Part shown: positions 37,034-45,875 of the stretch, in pieces
Numbering within the stretch: the stretch's first letter is position 1
Layout: every line of letters begins with the position of its first letter
NCBI GenBank assembly: GCA_045563315.1
Contig: JBJKUD010000024.1
Location: 1-47,345, forward strand
Direction of reading: 5' to 3'
Source of the DNA: Candidatus Actinomarina sp.
GTDB lineage: Bacteria; Actinomycetota; Acidimicrobiia; Actinomarinales; Actinomarinaceae
Length of the DNA stretch: 47,345 bases
Notes under the pieces: model-generated
Told to the model about the DNA's origin: nothing
Seen by the model: the letters and a program-made list of their open reading frames with translations, nothing else
Databases searched by the model: none
Made by a program: the position numbers and the translations under genes

Positions 37034-38218
37034 GTGGAAATTTCTAAATTAAACAATAACATAACGCCATCTGGAACCATGGCAATATCAAACAAAGCAA
37101 GATTATTGAAAGAACAAGGTAAACCAGTAATTGGTTTTGGAGCTGGCGAGCCTGATTTTCCTACTCCAGCACATGTAATAGAAGATGTAAAACTTGCATC
37201 TGAGAACCCTACGTATCATAAATATTCTGCTGTAGGCGGATTAAAAATATTAAGAGATGAAATTTCGAGAACAACTGCTGAGTATTCAAATTTTGAAATA
37301 AATCCTGATAATGTCGTAGTAACCAATGGAGGAAAACAAGCAATACTTACTACATTTATGTCATTGCTTGATGCAGGAGACGAAGTATTAATTCCATCCC
37401 CATATTGGACAACATACCCTGAAGCAGTAAAAATTGCTGGAGGACAACCAGTAATTGTGGATACTGATTTCGAAAATGATTTTAAAGTAACTGTAGAAAA
37501 ACTTGAGAAAAAAATTTCTGAAAAAACAAAAGTACTTGTCTGGGTGTCACCATCAAATCCAACTGGTGTAGTTTATACAAAAGAAGAAGCATTAGAAATT
37601 TATAACTGGGCATTTGATAGGAATATTTGGATACTGTCTGATGAATTATATGAACATTTAGTGTATGAAGGAGAAACATCTCCATCACCAGCAATTATTG
37701 ATAAAAATTTTGAGAAGACAGTAATAGTAAATGGTGTTGCAAAAGCTTATTCTATGACAGGATGGAGAGTTGGTTGGATACTTGGAAATGATGAAATAAT
37801 TAGCTTATCTAAAAAAATTCAATCTCATGCAACATCGAATGTTGCAAATATTACACAAGTAGCAGCTTATTCTGCATTAAAAAATGGGTTAGATAGTACA
37901 AATGAAATGAAAAAAGCATTTAACAAAAGAAGAGAATATGCATTAAATCAATTTAATAATATAAACAACATCAAAGTTCCAAATGCAACAGGTGCATTTT
38001 ATGTTTTTCCAGATATTAGCTATTACACTAAAGGGCCCATAGAAGGCGTTTCATCATCAATTGAACTCTGTGATTGGCTGCTTGAAAAATACTTCATTGC
38101 TTTTGTTCCAGGTGAAGTTTTTGGAAAAGAAGGATTTTTTAGATGCTCTTATGCTCTTAGCGATAATGATCTTGAGGAAGGCCTCACAAGACTTAAAGAG
38201 GCTCTAGACTCAATTTAA
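37034..38218 (+). CDS. Class I PLP aminotransferase (aspartate aminotransferase-like)
   Basis: GAGEPDF, NGGKQA, SPSNPTG, SDELY, AKAYSMTGWRVG; GGAG RBS favours GTG 37034 over track start 37016. Confidence 0.9.
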   Translation: MEISKLNNNITPSGTMAISNKARLLKEQGKPVIGFGAGEPDFPTPAHVIEDVKLASENPTYHKYSAVGGLKILRDEISRTTAEYSNFEINPDNVVVTNGGKQAILTTFMSLLDAGDEVLIPSPYWTTYPEAVKIAGGQPVIVDTDFENDFKVTVEKLEKKISEKTKVLVWVSPSNPTGVVYTKEEALEIYNWAFDRNIWILSDELYEHLVYEGETSPSPAIIDKNFEKTVIVNGVAKAYSMTGWRVGWILGNDEIISLSKKIQSHATSNVANITQVAAYSALKNGLDSTNEMKKAFNKRREYALNQFNNINNIKVPNATGAFYVFPDISYYTKGPIEGVSSSIELCDWLLEKYFIAFVPGEVFGKEGFFRCSYALSDNDLEEGLTRLKEALDSI

Positions 38219-39438
38219 TGGAACAAGTAAAGAGAAAAAGTTTATATTCCTGGTTACTTTTTGATTTAGCAAATACCGTTTATGCATTTGTAATTCCAGG
38301 TTTATATTTTTCTGTATGGTTAGTAACTGAACAGGGTTGGACAGATCAAGCGTTAGGGCTTGCAACTTCAGGAGCAATGATAATCGTAGCACTGACAGGT
38401 CCCTGGGTTGGTGCAAGAAGTGATGGCGCTCAAGGCAAGAAACCTTTACTACTAATAACAACTGTGATTTGTATAGTTGCTACTTTTTTTCTTGGAACAT
38501 TTAATGTCAATGTTTCAGTTCTGCTATTTATTTTGTCATTAATTGGATTCAATCTTGGATCGGTTGTTTATGACGCGCTTCTTGTTTCAGTAAGTAACGA
38601 AGGTAACAGAGGAAAGATTTCAGGGATGGGAGTTGCTTTTGGATACATTGGATCACTTATTGGTTTTGGAGTAGCATCTCTTTTACAGAATTTTGGTTAT
38701 AGTTATGTTGAAATCTTTAGATCTGTTGCGATTCTATTTCTTATATTTTCTATCCCAGCTTTTTTATTTATTGAAGAGAAAAAATTTAATATTAACAAAG
38801 TCAAAGTAAGATTTAGAGAATCTCTTTACATAGTTATCAAATCATGGAAACACTCAAGAGAATACAAAGGGTTAACTAGGTTTCTTATTGGAAGATTTTT
38901 TTATGCTGATGCAATTAATACATTGATAAGTGGGCTTTTGGCTGTATATCTTGTTGAGGAAGCTGGTCTTACTGCTGAAGATAGCCAAAATTTACTAGCA
39001 CTGGCAATAATTATCTCAATTATTGGCGGTTATGTTTACGGAAAAGCAGGTGATAAATACGGGCCAAGAAAATGCACATTATTTAGTCTTGGATGTTGGA
39101 TGGTTTCGTTGATCATTGCAGTAATATCAACTGAGTTTGACATTGAATGGCTAATTTATGTAACTGGTGTAATAGGTGGTTTTAATATTGGCGGTATATT
39201 TGCTGTTGATAGAGTTTTCATGACAAGATTGAGTCCTAAAGAACACCTTGGTGAATTTTACGGACTGTACTCTACTGTAGGTAGATTTGCTACGATCGTA
39301 GGACCAATTTTATGGGGATTTATAGTAAATACTCTTGATTATGGAAGAAACATCGCAATGTTGTCTCTTGTATTCTTACTGTTAATTTCGTTTTTTATTA
39401 TCAAAGGTGTTTCTGATGAGGAAAATATATTGAACTAA
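38218..39438 (+). CDS. MFS transporter, UMF1/Atg22-like
   Basis: WLLFDLANTVY, VVYDALL, SGMGVAFGYIG, GEFYGLY. Confidence 0.86.
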   Translation: MEQVKRKSLYSWLLFDLANTVYAFVIPGLYFSVWLVTEQGWTDQALGLATSGAMIIVALTGPWVGARSDGAQGKKPLLLITTVICIVATFFLGTFNVNVSVLLFILSLIGFNLGSVVYDALLVSVSNEGNRGKISGMGVAFGYIGSLIGFGVASLLQNFGYSYVEIFRSVAILFLIFSIPAFLFIEEKKFNINKVKVRFRESLYIVIKSWKHSREYKGLTRFLIGRFFYADAINTLISGLLAVYLVEEAGLTAEDSQNLLALAIIISIIGGYVYGKAGDKYGPRKCTLFSLGCWMVSLIIAVISTEFDIEWLIYVTGVIGGFNIGGIFAVDRVFMTRLSPKEHLGEFYGLYSTVGRFATIVGPILWGFIVNTLDYGRNIAMLSLVFLLLISFFIIKGVSDEENILN

Positions 39439-39442
39439 TCCT

Positions 39443-39805
39443 TTAAAAGAAAAAGAATCTTTTCTTCTTTTTAAAAGTATTCAATTCTTCTCGTGTGTTT
39501 TTAAGTTTTTCTCTCAAAAATTCACTTTCTGCTTCGGCTTTTGCAGCTCTCTCTCTAGCTTCTGCCATTAACTTATCTGCCTCGTGTAAATTTCCTAATT
39601 GATCTAAAACTTTATTCCAAGCAGAAATAGGAACCATCATATTTTCTTCATCACTATCTAAATCTTGAGAATCTTGTTTAACTATTTCCGGTTCATTAAT
39701 ATTTTCATCATTATCATTTTTATCAGTATCATTTTTATCAGTATCATTTTTATCGTCAGAAAAAAAATTATACTTTTTTGACATTCTTTCTTCGTAATTA
39801 CTCAT
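39443..39805 (-). CDS. Hypothetical acidic coiled-coil protein
   Basis: Coupled to the upstream gene; low-complexity N half, LMAEARERAAKAEAESEFLREKL helix, KKKKRFFFF tail. Confidence 0.75.
   Translation of the reverse strand: MSNYEERMSKKYNFFSDDKNDTDKNDTDKNDNDENINEPEIVKQDSQDLDSDEENMMVPISAWNKVLDQLGNLHEADKLMAEARERAAKAEAESEFLREKLKNTREELNTFKKKKRFFFF
39712..39754. repeat. In-frame 15-bp tandem repeat, about 2.9 copies
   Basis: TATCATTTTTATCAG x2 + TATCATTTTTATC; encodes DKNDT repeats on the minus strand. Confidence 0.9.
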
Positions 39806-40740
39806 TAAATAAAATCTTCTTTCATTGACTCGAGTGTAGGATATTCAAACTCAAATCCAGCTCTTAAAAGTTTTTCTGGTATTGCTCTCAATCCCCCAAG
39901 TACAAGAAATTCACCCAATTCCCATCCAAGTGCTATTTTAATAACAAAGCTAGGGACAGGGGGTGCGAAGAATCCTTTATTCATCATTTTTGCAACTATT
40001 TTTGAAAATTCTTTTTGTTGAAGAGGTTCAGGAGAAGTTATATTTACAGGACCATCAATATTATTATTTTCCAAGCAAAAAAGATAGGCGTTTGCAACAT
40101 CATTAACAGAAACCCAAGACCAATATTGCATGCCCGAACCTAATGGTCCTGAAAGATTAAATCTTGAAACAAGAGTTAATATATTTGTTGCAATATTTCC
40201 TTTGCCCAAAACTAGTCCTTTTCTTCCAAAGACTACTCTTACATTTAATTTTTTTAATTCATCAAGAGGCTCTTCCCAACATTCTTCAGCAACCATTTGA
40301 AGAAATTCTCCCCTATTATATTGGGTTGATTCAGTCACTACTTCATCATTATGATCACCGTATATATTATTTCCAGAAGCTGTAATGAATATAGATGGAA
40401 ATGTGTCCACCGATTTAAAGGAATCTATGAATAAATCAGAAGCCCACTTTCTAGACCAATAAATTCTTGATTTTTTTTCTTTTGACCATCTACCTCCAGC
40501 AAAAGGGAAAAAACCAGTAATTTCAGAAGGAGCTATGCTTTCTCCTGCTAAATGGATAATGGCATCTAATTCTTGAAATTTTTGAATATCTATTTCTTTT
40601 TTAGCAGGACTCCAGAAGATCTCATCATCATTTTTTGCTTCTCTTCTTACAAATTTTCTTACTTCGTGACCAGAATCTTGAAGTTTTTTAACAACTCTTT
40701 TTCCAATAAATCCGGATGCACCTGTGACTCCAACAATCAT
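39805..40740 (-). CDS. TIGR01777/YfcH-family NAD-dependent epimerase-like protein
   Basis: TGASGFIG, IHLAGESI, RWSKEKK, GPLGSGMQYWSWV, GFEFEYP. Confidence 0.9.
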   Translation of the reverse strand: MIVGVTGASGFIGKRVVKKLQDSGHEVRKFVRREAKNDDEIFWSPAKKEIDIQKFQELDAIIHLAGESIAPSEITGFFPFAGGRWSKEKKSRIYWSRKWASDLFIDSFKSVDTFPSIFITASGNNIYGDHNDEVVTESTQYNRGEFLQMVAEECWEEPLDELKKLNVRVVFGRKGLVLGKGNIATNILTLVSRFNLSGPLGSGMQYWSWVSVNDVANAYLFCLENNNIDGPVNITSPEPLQQKEFSKIVAKMMNKGFFAPPVPSFVIKIALGWELGEFLVLGGLRAIPEKLLRAGFEFEYPTLESMKEDFI

Positions 40741-41039
40741 TCCTCTTCATCCCCATAAAAAAGAAAAAAGTCCTCAATTTGCTTTTCAAACTCTTTTACA
40801 GCTGTTCCCATATTTTTTGTAAAGTTTACAGTGACTACATTTGATTGAATAAATATATTTTCAATATCATTTGAATATTGAAATAATTTCATCGCTAATT
40901 GTGCACTGATTTCGTTTGTTAATGAAGCATGGGCAATATTGTGGTAAGTTTCACCATCCTGTCCCGATAATGATCTGTTTAAATCAAAAATTACATTCTT
41001 ACCAAATTGAGTAGTTCTTAATTCAATTTTCTGTCCCAT
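40737..41039 (-). CDS. Hypothetical protein resembling the Nfu/NifU N-terminal scaffold domain
   Basis: LAMKLF...IENIFIQSNVVTV pattern; coupled to pyk and the TIGR01777 gene. Confidence 0.6.
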   Translation of the reverse strand: MGQKIELRTTQFGKNVIFDLNRSLSGQDGETYHNIAHASLTNEISAQLAMKLFQYSNDIENIFIQSNVVTVNFTKNMGTAVKEFEKQIEDFFLFYGDEEE

Positions 41040-42433
41040 TAGTATTCGCCAATCATCATTACTCTAATAAGATTAGTTGCTGCCTCTTTATTTGGAGGTG
41101 TACCAGCGACAATTACAACTTTATCATTTTTTTTAAAGTTCTTCTTATCTTTTAACCACTCATTGGCAATGGAAAACATTTCATCAGTTGTTTCTAATCT
41201 ATTAATTTTTATCTGCTCTACACCCCAAAAGAGATTTAGTTGATTATAAGTTTTATCGATAGAAGTAAAAGTGAATATCGGTGCATCCGGTCTATGATTT
41301 GATATCAACAGTGGGGTTCGTCCTGTTTCAGTAAAAGCAACAATTGCTCTTGCATTTGAATCATTTGCAACTTGAACTGCGGCTTTAGATAATGAATTTG
41401 TGAGTTCTTTGGAAACTAAAATATCTTTCTTATTTAAATAATTTTTATTTGAGGTTTCATCAACCTCTTCACAAATGTTTGCCATAACTTGAACTGCTAG
41501 AATTGGATTATCACCTATAGAAGTTTCAGCAGATAACATAACTGAATCTGTACCATCAATTATTGCATTTGTGATATCGGATACTTCAGCTCTTGTAGGC
41601 CTAAACGATGTAATCATAGAAGTAAGCATCTCGGTTGCGGTAATTGTTATCTTTCCCTGTAAATTACTTTCATTTAAAATTTCCTTTTGAATTAGAGGTA
41701 TTTGTTCTAGGGGTAATTGCACTCCTAAATCTCCACGTGCAACCATAATTCCATCAGATTCTTTAATAATTGCTTTTAAATTTTTAACAGCTGCTTTAAG
41801 TTCAATTTTAGCAATTACCATTGTGTCTGAATTAATAAGTTTTTTTACGTTTAATATGTCATCTGCATTTCTTACAAAAGAAACGGCAACAAAATCTACG
41901 TTTAGTTGATTTCCAAATTCAAGATCTTCTTTATCTTTATCAGTAAGTGTTGAGAGTGAAAGTGAAGAATCTGGGAATGCAACACCTTGATTAGATCTAA
42001 GTTCACCACCAACTTCTACGATTGCAGTAAAAATAGTCTTAGTTTTTTTAGAAACCCTTAGTACAATCTTTCCATCATCAATTAAAACTCTCTCACCCTC
42101 ATTAACATCCTGAAATAACTTTTCATAATTTATTAAAATTGCTTCGTCTTGGAATTTAATATTATTTGATAACTTTATTTCATTATTTCTTTCTAATTGC
42201 ATAGCTTTTTCCAATGTACCCGTTCTTATTTTGGGACCTTGGATATCTTGCATAATCGCAATATTTTTATTTGAAGATCTTGCCCACTCAACTACTTTTT
42301 TATGGTCTGCATGAGATCCGTGTGAAAAATTAAGTCTAAGAACATTGGCACCTGCATCAATTATCTCGTCAATTAATTCTTTACTATTTAGGCTTGGACC
42401 AATTGTTGCAATAATTTTAGTTTTTCTTGCCAT
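41039..42433 (-). CDS. pyk: Pyruvate kinase
   Basis: RKTKIIATIGP, RLNFSHG, QGPKIRTG, IAKIE, MVARGDLG, MLSAETS; start moved from 42598 to ATG 42433. Confidence 0.96.
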   Translation of the reverse strand: MARKTKIIATIGPSLNSKELIDEIIDAGANVLRLNFSHGSHADHKKVVEWARSSNKNIAIMQDIQGPKIRTGTLEKAMQLERNNEIKLSNNIKFQDEAILINYEKLFQDVNEGERVLIDDGKIVLRVSKKTKTIFTAIVEVGGELRSNQGVAFPDSSLSLSTLTDKDKEDLEFGNQLNVDFVAVSFVRNADDILNVKKLINSDTMVIAKIELKAAVKNLKAIIKESDGIMVARGDLGVQLPLEQIPLIQKEILNESNLQGKITITATEMLTSMITSFRPTRAEVSDITNAIIDGTDSVMLSAETSIGDNPILAVQVMANICEEVDETSNKNYLNKKDILVSKELTNSLSKAAVQVANDSNARAIVAFTETGRTPLLISNHRPDAPIFTFTSIDKTYNQLNLFWGVEQIKINRLETTDEMFSIANEWLKDKKNFKKNDKVVIVAGTPPNKEAATNLIRVMMIGEY

Positions 42434-42476
42434 TTCAATATATAACTTAATAGGATGAAATATGTAAAGTACTTTA

Positions 42477-43079
42477 ATGATAAAAAAATTTTTAATTGCG
42501 ATACCAGTTAGGGATTTTATAAATCCTATGTCCAGATTGGATAATATTTTATCAACATCAAATAGGATTAAACTTTCAAAAGCAATGCTATTAAACATTG
42601 TTGAATCATTTCAAGATGAAAATATTGAAATTGTATGTGTTACAAGAGATAAGCTTGTTAAGGAATTTTGTGATAAAAATAATATTAAAATTTTTTCGTC
42701 AAAAAGAACTGGGATGAACAACGAGTTAGAAGATATATTAGATTCAATAGAATATGATCATTGGACTATCTGTCACGCTGACTTACCATATATAAATAAA
42801 TTTTTTGCAAAGGAGTGGATAAAAAGCTGCAAAGTTTCAGATATAGTTATTTGCTCAAGTAAAGATAATGGGACTCCTCTTTTAGGAGGTAGTGCCAGAG
42901 TAACCCAATTAAAATATGGTCAAAACAGTTTTGAAAAACACATGAAAATATTTCAAGATAACAATTTTGATATTAAAAAATCATTTAATAAAGAATTCTG
43001 TTTTGAAATTGATGATGAAAATGACTTTCAAGAATTTCAACAACACTTACCAAGATGGTACAAGAATATTAATACCTAG
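42477..43079 (+). CDS. cofC: CofC/FbiD-like phospholactate/PEP guanylyltransferase (F420 biosynthesis), divergent
   Basis: IPVRDFINPMSRL, HADLP, DNGT, YGQNSFEKH, EIDDENDF. Confidence 0.78.
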   Translation: MIKKFLIAIPVRDFINPMSRLDNILSTSNRIKLSKAMLLNIVESFQDENIEIVCVTRDKLVKEFCDKNNIKIFSSKRTGMNNELEDILDSIEYDHWTICHADLPYINKFFAKEWIKSCKVSDIVICSSKDNGTPLLGGSARVTQLKYGQNSFEKHMKIFQDNNFDIKKSFNKEFCFEIDDENDFQEFQQHLPRWYKNINT

Positions 43080-43152
43080 CAGCCCCGACCGGATTTGAAC
43101 CGGCGTTTCCGCCTTGAGAGGGCGGCGTCCTAGGCCTCTAGACGACGGGGCC
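43080..43152 (-). tRNA. tRNA-Glu(CTC)
   Basis: Cloverleaf GGCCCCG...CCGCC-CTCTCAA-GGCGG...GTTCAAATC...CGGGGCTG; CCA not encoded. Confidence 0.96.
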
Positions 43153-43155
43153 TCG

Positions 43156-43227
43156 CTCGGGGAGAAGGATTTGAACCCTCAACGATGGGACCAGAACCCA
43201 TTGTGTTGCCAATTACACCATCCCCGA
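43156..43227 (-). tRNA. tRNA-Gln(CTG)
   Basis: TCGGGGA...ATGGG-TTCTGGT-CCCAT...GTTCAAATC...TCCCCGAG; U1-A72 pair; CCA not encoded. Confidence 0.96.
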
Positions 43228-43233
43228 AAGTAG

Positions 43234-43306
43234 CAGCCCCGACCGGATTCGAACCGGCGTTTCTTGGTTGAAAACCAAGCGTCCTAGGCCTCTGGACGAC
43301 GGGGCC
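43234..43306 (-). tRNA. tRNA-Glu(TTC)
   Basis: GGCCCCG...CTTGG-TTTTCAA-CCAAG...GTTCGAATC...CGGGGCTG; CCA not encoded. Confidence 0.96.
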
Positions 43307-43344
43307 GTATTTGTATAAGAATATAGTAACTTATTTATTAATTG

Positions 43345-44652
43345 TTACAAATTTTCAATCATTTCAGCAAGTCTTGCGATAGTTGCAGATTTTCCTAGAG
43401 CAAAAATTGACTCAAATAAAGGAGGGCTGATATTAGTACCTGTTACTGCAATTCTTGTTGCTTGAAATCCTTCTTTGGGTTTCATATTTAATTCTTTTAA
43501 TTGTTCTCTCATCATATTTTCAATATTTTCTAAATTAAAATCTTCCATTGATTTAAATTTCCCACGAATAATTTCAAGATAACTTTGAACATTTTCAGAG
43601 TTAACACTATTCCATTCATCAACGTTAACTGTGAATGGTTCATCTAATAAGAATTTAACCTGATGTATTATGTCATTTAGTGTCTCAAGCCTCTCCTGTA
43701 CAACTTCAAGAATTAAATTAATTCTTTCAAGTTCCTCTTTAAATATTTCTCTCCCCAAACTATAAGAAATATTATCTATTGCTTTTTTGGAAAATTCATC
43801 GTTGTTAAGATTTCTAATGTATTGACCATTCATCCAAAGCAATTTTACGGTGTCAAAAATTGCTGGATTGGGTAGTACATTTTTAAGATCAAAATTATCT
43901 ATTGCTACTTCTCTTTGAAAAATTTCTAGATCGTCACCTGGAGACCAACCTAGTATCGACATATAGTTAAACATTGCATTCGCTAATATTCCTTGGTCTC
44001 TGAATGAAGAGACAGAGGTGTCACCATGTCTTTTGCTTAATTTCTTACCATCAGGTCCAAATAACAATGGTAAATGACAGAAGTCAGGAATTTTTGCATC
44101 AAGTGCTTCCATTATCATTATGTGTTTTGGAGTAGATGAAAGTATATCTTCTCCCCTTGCAATAATAGATATCTCATAATCAATATCATCAACCGTTGAG
44201 GCTAAATGATATGTTGGAGTTTTGTCTGATCGAAGAATAACAAAGTCCTCAATATCATTTGTGTTGAAATTCATATCACCTCGGATATAGTCTTCAAAAT
44301 AAATATTTTTATTTTCTTCAACTTTGAATCTTATTGCTCCATCGTCTTCATAAGCTAAGCCTTTTTCGACTAAATATAGAGCAATTTTTTCATATCGATC
44401 GAATCTATCTGATTGTTTGTAGGATGTTGAAGACTCTTTATTAAATCCTTCATCCCAATCAATGCCTAACCATTCAAGGCCTTCAATTATATTTTTTTGA
44501 AACTCAGGTGTGCTTCTCTCAACATCAGTATCATCGATTCGTAATAAAAATTTACCATTGTGCTTTCTTGCATACAACCAATTAAATAAAGCTGTTCTTG
44601 CATTACCAATATGAAGCTCACCTGTTGGAGATGGTGCAATTCTTAATTTCAT
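43345..44652 (-). CDS. gltX: Glutamate--tRNA ligase
   Basis: RIAPSPTGELHIGN, RIDDTD, RGED, KLSKR; adjacent to tRNA-Glu/Gln genes. Confidence 0.96.
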   Translation of the reverse strand: MKLRIAPSPTGELHIGNARTALFNWLYARKHNGKFLLRIDDTDVERSTPEFQKNIIEGLEWLGIDWDEGFNKESSTSYKQSDRFDRYEKIALYLVEKGLAYEDDGAIRFKVEENKNIYFEDYIRGDMNFNTNDIEDFVILRSDKTPTYHLASTVDDIDYEISIIARGEDILSSTPKHIMIMEALDAKIPDFCHLPLLFGPDGKKLSKRHGDTSVSSFRDQGILANAMFNYMSILGWSPGDDLEIFQREVAIDNFDLKNVLPNPAIFDTVKLLWMNGQYIRNLNNDEFSKKAIDNISYSLGREIFKEELERINLILEVVQERLETLNDIIHQVKFLLDEPFTVNVDEWNSVNSENVQSYLEIIRGKFKSMEDFNLENIENMMREQLKELNMKPKEGFQATRIAVTGTNISPPLFESIFALGKSATIARLAEMIENL

Positions 44653-44655
44653 AAA

Positions 44656-45423
44656 TTACTCAACTAAATTAATTAAACTTCCAAGAGTTTCTATTTCGAT
44701 CTTTATTTCATCACCCGGTACAATTTTACTTACCCCTTCAGGAGTACCTGTCAAAATAACGTCACCTGGTAATAATGTCATAATTGAAGTAATGAATTCT
44801 AAAATTTCACCAATTGAAAATATCATATCTCTGGTGTTGCCATCTTGTTTCAATTCTCCATTTACATATGCTTTAACACTTAGCTCAGGATTGCTTGAAA
44901 AATCTGTTTGAATGTATGGACCAAGGGGACAAAAAGTATCAAAACCTTTTGCTCTTGTAAAATGTCCAGTTTTTCCTTGAAGAACTCTTTCAGATAAGTC
45001 ATTAGCATTTGTAAATCCAAGAACATGATCAGTCCAATTTTCTTTTGAAATATTCTTACTTATTTTTGATATCACTAAAGCTAATTCTCCTTCATGATCT
45101 ACATGTTGCCCAATTTTTGGGTAAATTATATTTTGACCAGTGCCTATTACTGACGTTGAAGGCTTTATAAAGAAAACAGGATTATCTGCTTGATACTGAT
45201 AACCAGGTAAGCCCATTTCAGCAGCATGTTTTGCATAGTTTTTTGCTACTGCAACTACTTTTGATGGAAGCACTGGTGCTAGTAATTCAATTTCTTCGAG
45301 TTCATATATTTCTTCAGTACTTTCCCAAACTACGAGAGGGGAACCTTCGTAGCGAACAACTTTACCGTCAATAAGTTCACCATAAAAAATTTCGTTTTGA
45401 TGTTTTGCTCTTACAATTTTCAT
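44656..45423 (-). CDS. Fumarylacetoacetate hydrolase family protein
   Basis: NYAKHAAEM, DHEGELA, AND, AKGFDTFCPLGP, PGDVILTGTPEGV. Confidence 0.92.
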   Translation of the reverse strand: MKIVRAKHQNEIFYGELIDGKVVRYEGSPLVVWESTEEIYELEEIELLAPVLPSKVVAVAKNYAKHAAEMGLPGYQYQADNPVFFIKPSTSVIGTGQNIIYPKIGQHVDHEGELALVISKISKNISKENWTDHVLGFTNANDLSERVLQGKTGHFTRAKGFDTFCPLGPYIQTDFSSNPELSVKAYVNGELKQDGNTRDMIFSIGEILEFITSIMTLLPGDVILTGTPEGVSKIVPGDEIKIEIETLGSLINLVE

Positions 45424-45461
45424 ACTTCTATCAATATTAAGGCATAGGAAAAATAGAGTGT

Positions 45462-45875
45462 TTAGTAAAAATTAATTATTGAGATAAGTGACTGACCCTT
45501 AATTTTATCTTTTGCGCATTTATTAAGTAAGTCATCAGTGAGATCGCCTAAGTTATCCTCAGTGATTCTTAATATACCTAAAATGTGGTGAAAATCATAT
45601 ATAGTTGGTGCTCTACCGAAATGAGAAGCTCTACTAATCATTAAATTAGTCACAATTGAAGTTACAAGTTTTTGTCTTGGATGGTGTTGCCATAAAGTTT
45701 TATATTTGTTTACAATTTTTAAAGCAAAACCACTATCTGGCCCTGTACTTCCAAATATTTCTTGATTTTGTGGATCAAGTTTTTCATTATATCTATTTGA
45801 TCTTCTTGGCACAGGTAATGAAGGCTCATTAATTCTTTTTGCATTGTCAAGGTTAATATTGGGTTCTTGTGACAT
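45462..45875 (-). CDS. Hypothetical protein
   Basis: Coupled to ilvE (1-nt overlap); conserved-looking GPDSGFAL and RASHFGRAP segments, no family recognised. Confidence 0.72.
   Translation of the reverse strand: MSQEPNINLDNAKRINEPSLPVPRRSNRYNEKLDPQNQEIFGSTGPDSGFALKIVNKYKTLWQHHPRQKLVTSIVTNLMISRASHFGRAPTIYDFHHILGILRITEDNLGDLTDDLLNKCAKDKIKGQSLISIINFY

Noticed and set aside
4377-42598. Long N-terminal extensions in track ORFs starting 4377, 6071, 22285, 24667 and 42598
   Set aside because: Each overlaps a neighbouring gene or terminator; downstream starts match family N-termini, coupling or promoter spacing
43080-43306. attL/attR duplication at tRNA-Glu
   Set aside because: Both copies are complete tRNAs with different anticodons and only tRNA-Gln lies between them
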